Counted from the stretch's first letter, positions 9,321 to 18,982 are shown. The stretch is 56,249 bases of DNA from Chitinophagaceae bacterium (GCA_947448685.1 CANFOP010000001.1:1-56249), one strand, 5' to 3'. Made by a program: numbers and translations. The notes: generated by a model not told the origin, from the sequence alone.

Positions 9321-9692
9321 CTATAAAGACAATTCAATTGCAGGATCCCACAAGACAGTTTTAAAATCAACAACTGTGTCATTTTTAACGGAAAGTCCGT
9401 CTTTTTTCAACAGCTCTTCCATTAAAGTTGGGGTGGCAAAATGCGACTTTCCGGTCAGCACTCCATTTCTGTTTACAACTCGCTGGGCAGGAATTTTTAA
9501 AGAGGATGTATGGGATGCGTTCATTGCCCACCCTACCATTCGCGCACTCATTTTTGTACCTAAGAATTTAGCAATGGCACCATAAGTAGTTACTCTTCCT
9601 TTAGGTATTTGTATAACCACATCAAACACATCCTGAAAAAAGGAATGCTCTTTTTGAGAGTAAGATTGTTTTATTGATTTTTTTTCTGCCAT
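9321..9692 (-). CDS. MGMT family alkyltransferase-like (ATL) DNA-binding protein
   Basis: QIPKGRVTTYGAIA, ARMVGWAM, and IPAQRVVN in place of the PCHRV active site. Confidence 0.88.
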   Translation of the reverse strand: MAEKKSIKQSYSQKEHSFFQDVFDVVIQIPKGRVTTYGAIAKFLGTKMSARMVGWAMNASHTSSLKIPAQRVVNRNGVLTGKSHFATPTLMEELLKKDGLSVKNDTVVDFKTVLWDPAIELSL

Positions 9693-9871
9693 AATTTTTC
9701 ATTCAGTAAAGCCGATTTTTTAGGTTCCGGAACCGCTTCGAAAAGATATGGACAATGCTTGCACCCATTTCCGCAACAGTACCCTTTTTTCAGATGATAC
9801 AATTCGGTTAGCACAACGAACCCCTGTTCATTATAATAAAAATCTATTCCTTCAACTAATTGCTCACTCAT
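9671..9871 (-). CDS. DUF5522-family small Cys-rich protein
   Basis: DFYYN...YHLKKGYCCGNGCKHCPY; ATG at 9871 preferred over 9889. Confidence 0.8.
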   Translation of the reverse strand: MSEQLVEGIDFYYNEQGFVVLTELYHLKKGYCCGNGCKHCPYLFEAVPEPKKSALLNEKLWQKKNQ

Positions 9872-9994
9872 AATTTTTATACAATACAATATTGTTAGGT
9901 TGTTTGTTCGTTATTAAGCCACATTGATTATTCTATTTTTCATTTTGAAATTATTTACAACCAAGCATCGGCATGCGAAAAAAGATTGAAATTT

Positions 9995-10225
9995 TTATTC
10001 ATCTGGATTGTTTTGATAGACCCATAGGTGATTGTAAACATTTAAAAATACGAATTCAATCTGAAAAGAAGGAGCGTGTTCGCTACGGTAAGTATCTAAA
10101 TTGATTTTAAAATGGATGAACGTAATACCATCTCTAAAACTTCTGATAAGTGCAAAAAACTGTCCCTCCCAAAAGATTCTTTTCTTTTTAGAAATTATTC
10201 CATGCGGGGTAAATCCTATTTTCAT
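9995..10225 (-). CDS. Hypothetical 76-aa protein
   Basis: ATG-started ORF filling the gap between co-oriented genes, with AT-rich upstream sequence; no family recognised. Confidence 0.55.
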   Translation of the reverse strand: MKIGFTPHGIISKKKRIFWEGQFFALIRSFRDGITFIHFKINLDTYRSEHAPSFQIEFVFLNVYNHLWVYQNNPDE

Positions 10226-10347
10226 TTAATAATGTAGTTAATTTTTTTTGATGGCTTTGATTTAATTAGAAGCTCATTCAATCAACAGGAAAAATCATTG
10301 TCGCCGGATTCATCCCAAGAGTTTCTATCATTTTTTGCAAATTAATT

Positions 10348-11055
10348 TTATTGAGTTGTTTGTTCTGTAATTTTCAGTATTTCCTGCAACTCATCATCTC
10401 TATTGATCAATATGTCAGCCAATGAAAATTGAATGTAAAAAATTTTATTACTTTGTGCGATATCCAACCCTTCATAGTGCGTTTTAATTTTTAATTTTTC
10501 ATCAAGTTGATCATTTGAATAAATGTCGTTGGACGATTCAATAAGATTGAGCCCATACATATCAATAACGTGCAAAGTGAAATTATACAATACCGGTGAG
10601 TCAGTCTTTAAATGAATAATACCGGACTTTTTTAAAACCTGCCGGTATAATCTTAAAAATCTTGGGTGTGTTAATCTTTTTTTAGCCCTTGATGTTCTTA
10701 GTTGGGGATCTGGAAAAGTAATCCATATTTCATCAACCTCACCTTCTGAAAAATATTCTGGAAGCATTTCTATCTGTGTTCTTAAAAACCGAATATTGTT
10801 TAGTGGTTGTTCCAATGCTTTTTTGGCACCGAGATACATTCTGTTTCCTTTTACATCAATACCAATAAAGTTTTGTTGAGGATACAATGTTCCTAAACCA
10901 ACGGCATATTCGCCTCTGCCACATGCCAGCTCTAAAACAATGGGATTGTTATTGCCAAAATTTGAATGCCAAACACCCGCCATATTTTTCGGATATTCAT
11001 AAACATTGCTGAAAGATTTTATTTGATTAAAGCGCAACAGTTTTTTTTGTCCCAT
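10348..11055 (-). CDS. trmB: tRNA (guanine-N7)-methyltransferase
   Basis: VLELACGRGEY, FIGIDVKGNR, ITFPDP, KKRLT, HLKTD, THYE motifs. Confidence 0.95.
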   Translation of the reverse strand: MGQKKLLRFNQIKSFSNVYEYPKNMAGVWHSNFGNNNPIVLELACGRGEYAVGLGTLYPQQNFIGIDVKGNRMYLGAKKALEQPLNNIRFLRTQIEMLPEYFSEGEVDEIWITFPDPQLRTSRAKKRLTHPRFLRLYRQVLKKSGIIHLKTDSPVLYNFTLHVIDMYGLNLIESSNDIYSNDQLDEKLKIKTHYEGLDIAQSNKIFYIQFSLADILINRDDELQEILKITEQTTQ

Positions 11056-11062
11056 AAGAGGC

Positions 11063-11070
11063 CAAAGGTA
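11063..11070 (-). promoter_or_regulatory. Bacteroidota -7 promoter element (TACCTTTG) of trmB; very short leader
   Basis: Exact TAnnTTTG match on the minus strand, 7 nt before the ATG. Confidence 0.65.
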
Positions 11071-11126
11071 ATTTTATCCTTAAAAAATAAAAATATTGTC
11101 CTCAGTTTTATTAAAATAGCCCCCAA

Positions 11127-11163
11127 CAAAAAGCCCCCACAACTTTCGCTGTAAGGGCCTTTG
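11127..11163 (-). terminator. Intrinsic terminator with no large gene upstream
   Basis: Minus-strand RNA AAAGGCCCUUACAGC-GAAA-GUUGUGGGGGCUUUUU forms a 15-bp stem using G:U pairs (so strand-specific), a GNRA loop and a U-tract. Confidence 0.75.
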
Positions 11164-11203
11164 TAAAATAAAAACCTGTTGTAGATAATGGGTTTGAGCC
11201 ATA

Positions 11204-11251
11204 TTAAAGGACTAGTTGTAATGCAAACGCAATGTCCACACTTTTGTACAT
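11204..11251 (-). other. Candidate small ORF (MYKSVDIAFALQLVL) or sRNA body upstream of the orphan terminator
   Basis: ATG at 11251 after an AT-rich tract, TAA at 11206-11204, 40 nt before the terminator. Confidence 0.3.
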
Positions 11252-11371
11252 TAAAAATTATAAAATATATAATGCACTCACAACTATCCAAGTGTACCCA
11301 CAATATAGAATAAACTCAGCCCTATAAAACTAATTAAAAGAGAAGTATTTTAAAAATAATTCAATAAATAT

Positions 11372-11402
11372 TTTGAAAATATAGAAAGATTTCAAATATT
11401 TG
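11372..11402 (+). promoter_or_regulatory. Probable promoter of the Lrp gene (TTTG-19 nt-AATATTTG) overlapped by an imperfect inverted repeat
   Basis: -33 TTTG at 11372 and a -7 element with one mismatch at 11395-11402. Inverted repeat AATATTTTGAAA/TTTCAAATATT spans 11367-11400. Confidence 0.45.
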
Positions 11403-11438
11403 CATATTGATTAGAATAATTATAAAAAAGCATAAAAA

Positions 11439-11912
11439 ATGGCTACTAAATTAAATCTTGACAAACTTGATCTGCAAATTATTGAGGCGATGATGGACAA
11501 TGCAGAGATTTCTTACGCCGAATTAGGTAAAAAATTGTTTGTAAGCGGTGGAACAATTCATGTTCGAATCAAAAAACTTCAGGAATTTAAGATAGCCAAA
11601 GGTACGAGATTAAATGTTGACTTGAAACTCTTGGGTTTTGATATAACCGCCTTTGTAGGAATTTACCTTGAAAAAAGTTCACTGTATGATTCCGTTGCCA
11701 AAGAGTTAATGAAAATACCCGAAATAGTTCGATTGAATTACATAACAGGAAACTATAGTATGTTTCTTGAAATTGTGTGCAAAGATATTGCGCAGTTGAG
11801 GTTTGTTTTACATGATGAACTTCAAAAAATTAAAGGAATTGAAAGAACCGAAACTTTTATTTCTCTTGAAGAAGGATTTTCGAGAAATGTGCCGGTAGCG
11901 CCCAAGTCTTAG
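11439..11912 (+). CDS. Lrp/AsnC family transcriptional regulator
   Basis: LDKLDLQII...ISYAELGKKLFVSGGTIHVRIKKL HTH; C-terminal ITGNYS...IERTET ligand-binding domain. Confidence 0.95.
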   Translation: MATKLNLDKLDLQIIEAMMDNAEISYAELGKKLFVSGGTIHVRIKKLQEFKIAKGTRLNVDLKLLGFDITAFVGIYLEKSSLYDSVAKELMKIPEIVRLNYITGNYSMFLEIVCKDIAQLRFVLHDELQKIKGIERTETFISLEEGFSRNVPVAPKS

Positions 11913-13043
11913 TTATGTACCTTTAACATCTAACGCATCTCTAAGACCGTTTCCTATAAAATTAAAAGCCAATACAAGTATCATCATAGAAATGCCTGGA
12001 ATCAGCGCCAGTAAGGCTTTGTCTGTAATGATAAAAGTGTAGTTTTCCTTTATCATCAAACCCCAGCTTGGTGTAGGAGACTGTATTCCAATACCAAGAA
12101 AACTTAGACCCGCCTCCAACACAATCGCAGTAGCAAAATTGCTTATGGCCAAAACAATCAATGGCCCTAAAATATTCGGCAGTATATGACGAACAATGAT
12201 TCTGCTATTGCTAAATCCCATCACTCTTGCAGCATCAATATACAGCGATTTTTTTATAGCCATTACCTGAGTCCTAACCATTCGCGCCACATTAATCCAT
12301 AATGTAAGTCCTATTGCTATAAAGATTTGCCAAACTCCTTTTCCAATAGCAATGGTAAGTATAAATACAAGCAATAAGGTTGGAATACTCCAACAGATAT
12401 TTATTATCCACATAACCAAAGCATCCACTTTGTTGCCGTAATAGCCGGCTATCATACCTAGTATCAATCCTATAAAAACCGATACCAATACTGCTATAAA
12501 ACCGACAGAGAGACTTACTCTTGTTCCTATGATCAATCGGCTTAGAATGTCTCTTCCCAAATGATCTGTCCCAAGCATGTATTTTTTTTCAACAAAATGA
12601 TTTTTCAATTCTTTCAAATGATGATTGGTGATTTCGTTTATGCTGTACCGTTGTTGTACGCTTGTATCTTCATCCACATACCTGTTCACCCACAAATCAT
12701 CGCCCTTCATTTCATATTTTGTAATAGGGACATAACTGTAAAATGATGTTTTTCCATAAAGCAGAACATGGAAAAAAGACTCGTATTGCGGAGTTTTATT
12801 GTTTATTACTAAAAAAAGTTGTTTATATCCCGGACTCTTTGATTGAATCTCAACTGTTTGCATATCGGCGTCAGTTGTATTATCTGGCGCAATAACATAA
12901 GCAAAAACAGCAATCAACACCATTATAGAAAGAATGATCAAACCAGCAATTGCCGGTTTGTTTTTTTTAAACCGAATCCAAATATTTCTTAATAAACCTG
13001 CTGATTGTACAAACATGTCAGTGGTAATTTTTTTAAACGTCAT
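11913..13043 (-). CDS. Peptide/nickel ABC transporter permease (OppC/DppC type)
   Basis: LGTDHLGRDILSR, YIDAARVMG (EAA loop), RHILPN, EAGLSFLG, PSWG, GNGLRDALD. Confidence 0.92.
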   Translation of the reverse strand: MTFKKITTDMFVQSAGLLRNIWIRFKKNKPAIAGLIILSIMVLIAVFAYVIAPDNTTDADMQTVEIQSKSPGYKQLFLVINNKTPQYESFFHVLLYGKTSFYSYVPITKYEMKGDDLWVNRYVDEDTSVQQRYSINEITNHHLKELKNHFVEKKYMLGTDHLGRDILSRLIIGTRVSLSVGFIAVLVSVFIGLILGMIAGYYGNKVDALVMWIINICWSIPTLLLVFILTIAIGKGVWQIFIAIGLTLWINVARMVRTQVMAIKKSLYIDAARVMGFSNSRIIVRHILPNILGPLIVLAISNFATAIVLEAGLSFLGIGIQSPTPSWGLMIKENYTFIITDKALLALIPGISMMILVLAFNFIGNGLRDALDVKGT

Positions 13044-14215
13044 TTTACTTTTCTCTCCTTCCAGCGATATTCACCAAATTTTCCCAGCCATCCAGCAATG
13101 ATGATATATAGAATATGAAAAGGCTGGCAAATAGGAAATGCCCATAATAATCTACCCTTATTAAAAAAAATGGCCACTGGAGCTAGAAAAAAAAGTTCTG
13201 TAACAGTTTTTAAAACTATTGCAAAAACAAAAAACTGCAGAATCGAAAATCTAATTGTAAACAGGTGACAATCGGGATTCACAACAATACCTTCTACTAA
13301 CAAATACAACAAGGAACAATTAAAAAGATAAACGGTCAGCAGAACGGGGAACAGGCTTTTATCCTGGTATTTATCCGCTTTACTTGCCCACCTGATGCGC
13401 TGATTGATGAATCCCCGTATGTTATTTACAGGTTTTGTTTTAACAATAACTTCTTTAGATTTTAGGTATAAAATGCTGTTTTTATCTCGTGAAGAAAATT
13501 TGTGCAAAAGCATCATGTCATCGCCACTTGCTATATGGTCTATTCCGGCAAAACCACCCACTTCCTTATAGGATGTTTTTCTATAAGCCAGATTCGCTCC
13601 GTTGCACATTCCATGTATTTTTTGAAAAACAGCGGCTCCGGTAATGCCCTGAAGACTCATGAAATCAAGAGATTGAAAAATTTGAATCGGCGTACCAACA
13701 TCGTCAATAACCACGGGCATTACAATCATATCGGGACGATGTAATTCATAATACCCTGCTATTGTTGCAAGCCAGTTTTCTTGTACAATACAGTCTGCAT
13801 CTGTTGTTACAATCAACTCCCCTTTTGATAAAGAAATCCCGGTTTCTATTGATTTCTTTTTATAGGAGTTAATCCTTTCATCCGAAACAAAGTCCTTTAA
13901 TGAAACGTATTTTATATGGGGATATTTATAAGACTGGATGATATTTTTAGTGTTGTCGGTTGAAAAATCATCCACAACAATCACCTCAAAAAGAGATGGA
14001 GGGTATGATTGGTTTGTAATTGAATCCAATAAAGGTCCAATATTATCTTCCTCATTACGTGCAGGTATAATAATGCTGATGTAAGTAGTAAAACGAACAT
14101 CACTGTGTTTGATATTATAAGATGGAATTTCCCCCCAATAGATTCTGTAAATAATAATTAATGCAACATACATCAACAGCAATAAAACAGATATGAAAAG
14201 TATAATCGACTGCAT
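13040..14215 (-). CDS. Membrane glycosyltransferase, family 2
   Basis: IIIPARNEE, VVDDFSTD, TTDAD, CNGANLAY, SGDD, QRIRW. Confidence 0.92.
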   Translation of the reverse strand: MQSIILFISVLLLLMYVALIIIYRIYWGEIPSYNIKHSDVRFTTYISIIIPARNEEDNIGPLLDSITNQSYPPSLFEVIVVDDFSTDNTKNIIQSYKYPHIKYVSLKDFVSDERINSYKKKSIETGISLSKGELIVTTDADCIVQENWLATIAGYYELHRPDMIVMPVVIDDVGTPIQIFQSLDFMSLQGITGAAVFQKIHGMCNGANLAYRKTSYKEVGGFAGIDHIASGDDMMLLHKFSSRDKNSILYLKSKEVIVKTKPVNNIRGFINQRIRWASKADKYQDKSLFPVLLTVYLFNCSLLYLLVEGIVVNPDCHLFTIRFSILQFFVFAIVLKTVTELFFLAPVAIFFNKGRLLWAFPICQPFHILYIIIAGWLGKFGEYRWKERKVK

Positions 14216-14338
14216 AAATTAAAAATTGAAATCCAAATTACCCCAACGGCAAGATTGGAATATCCGCAAAAATAATTCTTTACAAATGAATCAAACAAGT
14301 AACTTTATAGGGAGCAAACTAAAAATCTCACTATCGTC

Positions 14339-16192
14339 GTGTACAATAATTATTTGAATTGTTCGAAAAGTGTATCATGTCCTTTATTTCGAAAACCCAA
14401 AAATGCATTAACCAATCGAATTAATATTATTGAAAGCAGAAAACAAACTCCATTAACAATAGTTGTTCTACTGCTGCTTCTTATTCTTTCACAATCATTA
14501 ATGGCTCAAAAAAACAAAGACTTATTTATAAAGTTGACTGAACCATTAAAAGATTTTAATATCGCAACCACTGCTCAAAAGTTCATTATTGGAAGTACCT
14601 GCAGGTCTTGCACTGTTTCAATCAATGATCAACCGGTAAAAGTATATCCCACAGGCGCATTTGCGTATGAAATTTTGTTGAAAGACGGAGACACAACATT
14701 TAATATTGTTGCATCAACTTCAAATGGCAAATCAATAGAAAAAAAAATTCAGTACAACTATACAACACCTGCTCCTGAAACAGCTGTTAATACTTTTTCT
14801 ATTGAAAAAATACTGACTTTTCCAGAGGGTGATTTAATGCTTATGCGGGGCGATGAAATTAATTTTAAGGTTAAAGCAATGCCCAATTGCATTGTAAAAG
14901 TTGAAGGAAAATATCAGTTGTTTGAAATGCCTGATTCCACCAATAAAGGGTTGAAAGGAATTTATCAGGGAAAATACATTATTCAGGAAGGAGATACTTT
15001 TGTAAATCAGAAAATGAAAATTGTATTGATTTCTCCAGATGAAAAAATTATATCTAAAGAAACAGGTAATAGATTTTCTGTAATGAATAAAAATACAACT
15101 GATGTTGTTGTTACCAAAGGAAGATTAGCACATTTATTATATGGAATTGGTGATGACAGGTTAGGGGGAGCCAAAATGGGATATATAGACAGCATGATTC
15201 CATTAAAAGTCATCGGAAAAGTAAACTCAAATTTTAAAATCAAGTTAGCGCCAACACGAACGGCCTTTATTCCAGAAGATGTAGTTAATGCTATGCCTAC
15301 AGGAACATTTTCTCCCTGCTCCCTTTCCGGAAAAATTCGTGTGTATGGAGATACGATGTATGACTATGTAAATTTACAACTCTTCAATCGCTTGCCATAT
15401 CAGTCGTTTCAACAAACAGACCCGGCCAAAATAGTAGTAGATGTTTTTGGTGCAACAAACAATACCAATTGGATTGACCAAATGGAATCAGCAAAAGAAA
15501 TAAAAAATGTATCCTATGAACAAGTATCAGATGCTGTTTTTAGATTGTATATAACACTAAAACACCAGCAACATTGGGGACATTCCATTTATTACAATGG
15601 AAACAACCTGATGATAAAAATAAAACACCCGCCTTCATCACAAGGAGTAAAAAATCTTGTAATTGCTATTGATGCAGGTCATGGGGGAACCAATACAGGA
15701 GCTGTTGGTCCAACGGGAATTGCTGAAAAAAACCTGACACTTCCTGTTGCTATTAAACTGCAAAAATTATTGGAAAAAGAGGGTGCAAAGATTATCATGA
15801 CCAGAACAACCGAGCAATTTTTTGATAACAAAGAAAGAATATTGTTTTATAGAGACAGTTTACCCGACATACTTTTAAGTATACATCTCAACTCAGCCAA
15901 TGATCCTATAAGAGTTAGTGGCACAAGCACATTTTACAGATATGAAGGTTTCAGACCACTAAGTCATGCTATTTATAAACGCATGCTGGAATTGGGATTG
16001 AAAGAATATGGCAATAACGGATCATTTAATTTTATGCTGAATAGCCCTACAGAATATCCAAATGCATTGATTGAAATGCTCTTTTTAAGTAATCCTGAAG
16101 AAGAAATGAAAATACTCGATGATTCATTTCAGGAAAAAATCGCGGAAAAAATATTGGTCGGAATTAAAGACTTTCTTCAACAAGCCCATTAA
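14339..16192 (+). CDS. N-acetylmuramoyl-L-alanine amidase (Amidase_3) with long N-terminal beta-rich domains; start uncertain
   Basis: C-terminal IDAGHGG, AEK, SIHLNS, LIEMLFLSN zinc-amidase motifs; signal-peptide-like stretch at about aa 34-56. Confidence 0.88.
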   Translation: MYNNYLNCSKSVSCPLFRKPKNALTNRINIIESRKQTPLTIVVLLLLLILSQSLMAQKNKDLFIKLTEPLKDFNIATTAQKFIIGSTCRSCTVSINDQPVKVYPTGAFAYEILLKDGDTTFNIVASTSNGKSIEKKIQYNYTTPAPETAVNTFSIEKILTFPEGDLMLMRGDEINFKVKAMPNCIVKVEGKYQLFEMPDSTNKGLKGIYQGKYIIQEGDTFVNQKMKIVLISPDEKIISKETGNRFSVMNKNTTDVVVTKGRLAHLLYGIGDDRLGGAKMGYIDSMIPLKVIGKVNSNFKIKLAPTRTAFIPEDVVNAMPTGTFSPCSLSGKIRVYGDTMYDYVNLQLFNRLPYQSFQQTDPAKIVVDVFGATNNTNWIDQMESAKEIKNVSYEQVSDAVFRLYITLKHQQHWGHSIYYNGNNLMIKIKHPPSSQGVKNLVIAIDAGHGGTNTGAVGPTGIAEKNLTLPVAIKLQKLLEKEGAKIIMTRTTEQFFDNKERILFYRDSLPDILLSIHLNSANDPIRVSGTSTFYRYEGFRPLSHAIYKRMLELGLKEYGNNGSFNFMLNSPTEYPNALIEMLFLSNPEEEMKILDDSFQEKIAEKILVGIKDFLQQAH

Positions 16193-16203
16193 TAAAAAAC
16201 TGC

Positions 16204-17667
16204 TTAAGTTAACTTTAAAATCAAAGGTTGAAGAAAATAGCAAAATGTTGAAATAACGAATGTGCAAACAATGTTTAACACAAAACCCGCTTTAAGCATT
16301 TGCTTCAATTTTACATGCCCACTCGCATAAACAATCGCATTGGGTGGTGTTCCCATAGGCAGCATACTTGCGCAACTAGCACCTAAAGTCATCGGAATTC
16401 CGAGCAATAACGGATCAATGTGAATGGCACTTGCAAATGAAGATATGAATGGAACCATCACCATTACTTGAGCAATATTACTGATTAACTCACTCAAGAA
16501 TACTGAAAAACCTGTTACTATTAATACAATCAAAAATGTATTGGCGCCTTCAAATACGGCGAAATAGGAATCTAACAGGTTGATTAATTTTACATCCTCC
16601 ACCGCTTTGGCAAGAGCCATTCCGCCACCCAATAAAATTAAAATATTCCAAGCCATCTTATTCCCATCATTCCATGTAAGCAAAGACTCTCTTCCTTCTC
16701 TGTTTAAACCTGCAGGAATAATAAACAATAGGAAAGCGCCCGATAGCCCTATAATGGTATCATCCAATTTAATTGCATGCTGCAAATTATTTATGACATC
16801 TTTAAAAATCCATCCACCAACTGTTATGATAAAAACAAATGCGACTCGCTTCTCTTGTAAAGAAAGCCCACCTAAATTTTTCAATTCCTTGTTGATGTAA
16901 TTTTTTCCATGCTCAGTTTCTCCAATATTGTTGGGGTATAAAATTTTTACAACAATTAAATATAACAACAGTAATAAAAAAATGGTAAGTGGAATAAATA
17001 ATACCATCCAATTGCTAAAACTAATTTGATAGTGCATGGACTCGGAAATATAATTCACATAAGCAATATTGGGCGCGGTTCCGATAATGGTACCAACAGC
17101 AAAGTTGGATGCATAAGCTATCGACAACATCAGAGACAGAGAAAAATTATTTAAATCCTTTTCATTGATTTTATTTCTCTCCATTATTTTAATAACAGAC
17201 ATCGCAATTGGAAACATCATCATAGTGGTTGCAGAATTGCTCAGCCATAAACTTAAAAACCCCGTTGCCAAAATAAAACCAACAATTATTCTATTGCCAT
17301 TGACGCCGGTGATGTTAATAATATTGAGGGCTATTCTTTTATGCAGATTCCATTTTTCAATAGCAATGGCTATAAAAAAACCTCCCATAAAAAGGAATAC
17401 AATTGGATCTGCATAAGATTTGGCTACTTCTTTAATTGAAAAAACATTTAACAGTGGAAATAAGACCAGTGGCAATAATGCTGTCACTGCAAGAGGAATT
17501 ATTTCAATAATCCACCAACAAACCATTAAAATGGTTACAGACAGAACGACGTTTGCATTAGATAAAAGACGGAACGGATTAAACAACAAAAAGAATAGAA
17601 ACAAACACAAACCCATTGCAATACCACCCGGTTTTTTAAAACGGGAAAATGTTTTTTTAAAATCCAT
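16204..17667 (-). CDS. DASS/SLC13 family sodium-coupled anion symporter
   Basis: IPLAVTAL, WNLHKRIAL, WLSNSAT, IGTAPN, ELISN, MLPMGTPPNAI. Confidence 0.92.
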   Translation of the reverse strand: MDFKKTFSRFKKPGGIAMGLCLFLFFLLFNPFRLLSNANVVLSVTILMVCWWIIEIIPLAVTALLPLVLFPLLNVFSIKEVAKSYADPIVFLFMGGFFIAIAIEKWNLHKRIALNIINITGVNGNRIIVGFILATGFLSLWLSNSATTMMMFPIAMSVIKIMERNKINEKDLNNFSLSLMLSIAYASNFAVGTIIGTAPNIAYVNYISESMHYQISFSNWMVLFIPLTIFLLLLLYLIVVKILYPNNIGETEHGKNYINKELKNLGGLSLQEKRVAFVFIITVGGWIFKDVINNLQHAIKLDDTIIGLSGAFLLFIIPAGLNREGRESLLTWNDGNKMAWNILILLGGGMALAKAVEDVKLINLLDSYFAVFEGANTFLIVLIVTGFSVFLSELISNIAQVMVMVPFISSFASAIHIDPLLLGIPMTLGASCASMLPMGTPPNAIVYASGHVKLKQMLKAGFVLNIVCTFVISTFCYFLQPLILKLT

Positions 17668-17805
17668 ATGGTTATTTTAAATTAATGTAGAAATCATTTT
17701 AAATCTAATTTCTTACAAGAATCACGCAACAATATGAGTAAAATAGGCATTAAATGAAAACAGATAACAATAAAGGCGATTAAAAAGGTTTGACGTAAGA
17801 ACCTG

Positions 17806-18795
17806 TTACACAAATTTATTTTTCAAAAGATATTCAGCAATCTGAATAGCGTTGGTGGCAGCACCTTTTCTTAGGTTATCGCTTACAATCCAGCAATTAA
17901 GGGTGTTGGCTTGTGTTTCATCTCTTCTGATGCGCCCTACAAAAGTTTCATCTTTGTCATGTGCATGAAGGGGCATAGGATATAAAAAGTTGTCAGTGTC
18001 ATCTTGTAAAACTACTCCCGGGGCATTTGATAAAATGTTTTTTATTTCGGGTAAACTGAAGTCATTTTCAAATTCAATATTAACAGATTCGCTGTGTCCG
18101 CCAATGGTTGGTATGCGTACACACGTAGCCGTTAGTAATATGTCATCATCTCCCATTATTTTTTTTGTTTCATTTGTCATTTTCATCTCCTCTTTTGTAT
18201 ATCCATTGTCTAAAAAAACGTCAATATGAGGAATCGCATTAAGGTCAATTGGATACTTATAAGCCATTTCTCCATGGATTCCTTTTCTTTCGTTCATCAG
18301 TTGATTGACCGCTTTTATGCCGGTTCCCGTGACGCTTTGATAGGTGCTAACCACTACTCTTCTAATCTTATATTTATCGTGAAGTGGCTTCAGCACCATG
18401 ACCAGTTGAATTGTAGAGCAATTGGGGTTTGCAATTATTTTATCATTCGCAGTCAGTTTGTCGGCATTTACCTCAGGAACTATTAATTTCTTATCAGGAT
18501 CCATCCTCCATGCGCTGGAGTTGTCTATTACAGTTATTCCAGCCTCCGCAAATTTGGGAGCCCATTCCAATGAAGTCCCACCACCCGCAGAAAATATAGC
18601 AATGGCTGGTTTTGCATCAATGGCAGTTTGCATTCCAATAACCGAACACTCTTTTCCCTGAAACATGATTTTTTTTCCGACAGATTTTTCTGATGCAACA
18701 GGAAGCAATTCTGTTACAGGAAAATTTCTTTCTGCCAATACTTCAAGCATTTTTGTTCCCACTAAACCAGTAGCACCTACAACTGCAATTTTCAT
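17806..18795 (-). CDS. asd: Aspartate-semialdehyde dehydrogenase
   Basis: GATGLVG, DNSSAWRM, IIANPNCST, STYQSVTG, GHSE, DNLRKGAATNA. Confidence 0.98.
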   Translation of the reverse strand: MKIAVVGATGLVGTKMLEVLAERNFPVTELLPVASEKSVGKKIMFQGKECSVIGMQTAIDAKPAIAIFSAGGGTSLEWAPKFAEAGITVIDNSSAWRMDPDKKLIVPEVNADKLTANDKIIANPNCSTIQLVMVLKPLHDKYKIRRVVVSTYQSVTGTGIKAVNQLMNERKGIHGEMAYKYPIDLNAIPHIDVFLDNGYTKEEMKMTNETKKIMGDDDILLTATCVRIPTIGGHSESVNIEFENDFSLPEIKNILSNAPGVVLQDDTDNFLYPMPLHAHDKDETFVGRIRRDETQANTLNCWIVSDNLRKGAATNAIQIAEYLLKNKFV

Positions 18796-18816
18796 AAAAT
18801 ATGAGGTTTATTTTAA

Positions 18817-18849
18817 CAAAAGTAAGCCATAAAATCTCTTAGATTCAAA
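18817..18849 (-). promoter_or_regulatory. Bacteroidota promoter of asd (TTTG-21 nt-TACTTTTG)
   Basis: Exact -7 element at 18824-18817 and -33 TTTG at 18849-18846 on the minus strand. Confidence 0.7.
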
Positions 18850-18982
18850 TTCTTGCAGCATCGAATAAAAAAATAGAAAAATTTCAAAATACCATAGTGT
18901 CATTTGTAAACATTTAAGTTCTTCTATAGTTGATAATGTATAATAAGAAAAACAATAAAAAATAATTTTATCAAAAAATCCT

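Noticed and set aside
10226-10347. Possible riboswitch or 17-codon leader ORF (MIETLGMNPATMIFPVD) on the minus strand
   Set aside because: No TPP, SAM, cobalamin or fluoride consensus recognised, only a 4-bp stem, and no terminator.
11019-11303. 94-aa minus-strand ORF in the ORF track
   Set aside because: It runs through a strong terminator, the trmB promoter and the trmB start, and has an unprotein-like composition.
11231-11303. DnaA-box-like 9-mers suggesting oriC
   Set aside because: Each has at least two mismatches to TTATCCACA and there are too few; skew cannot be assessed here.
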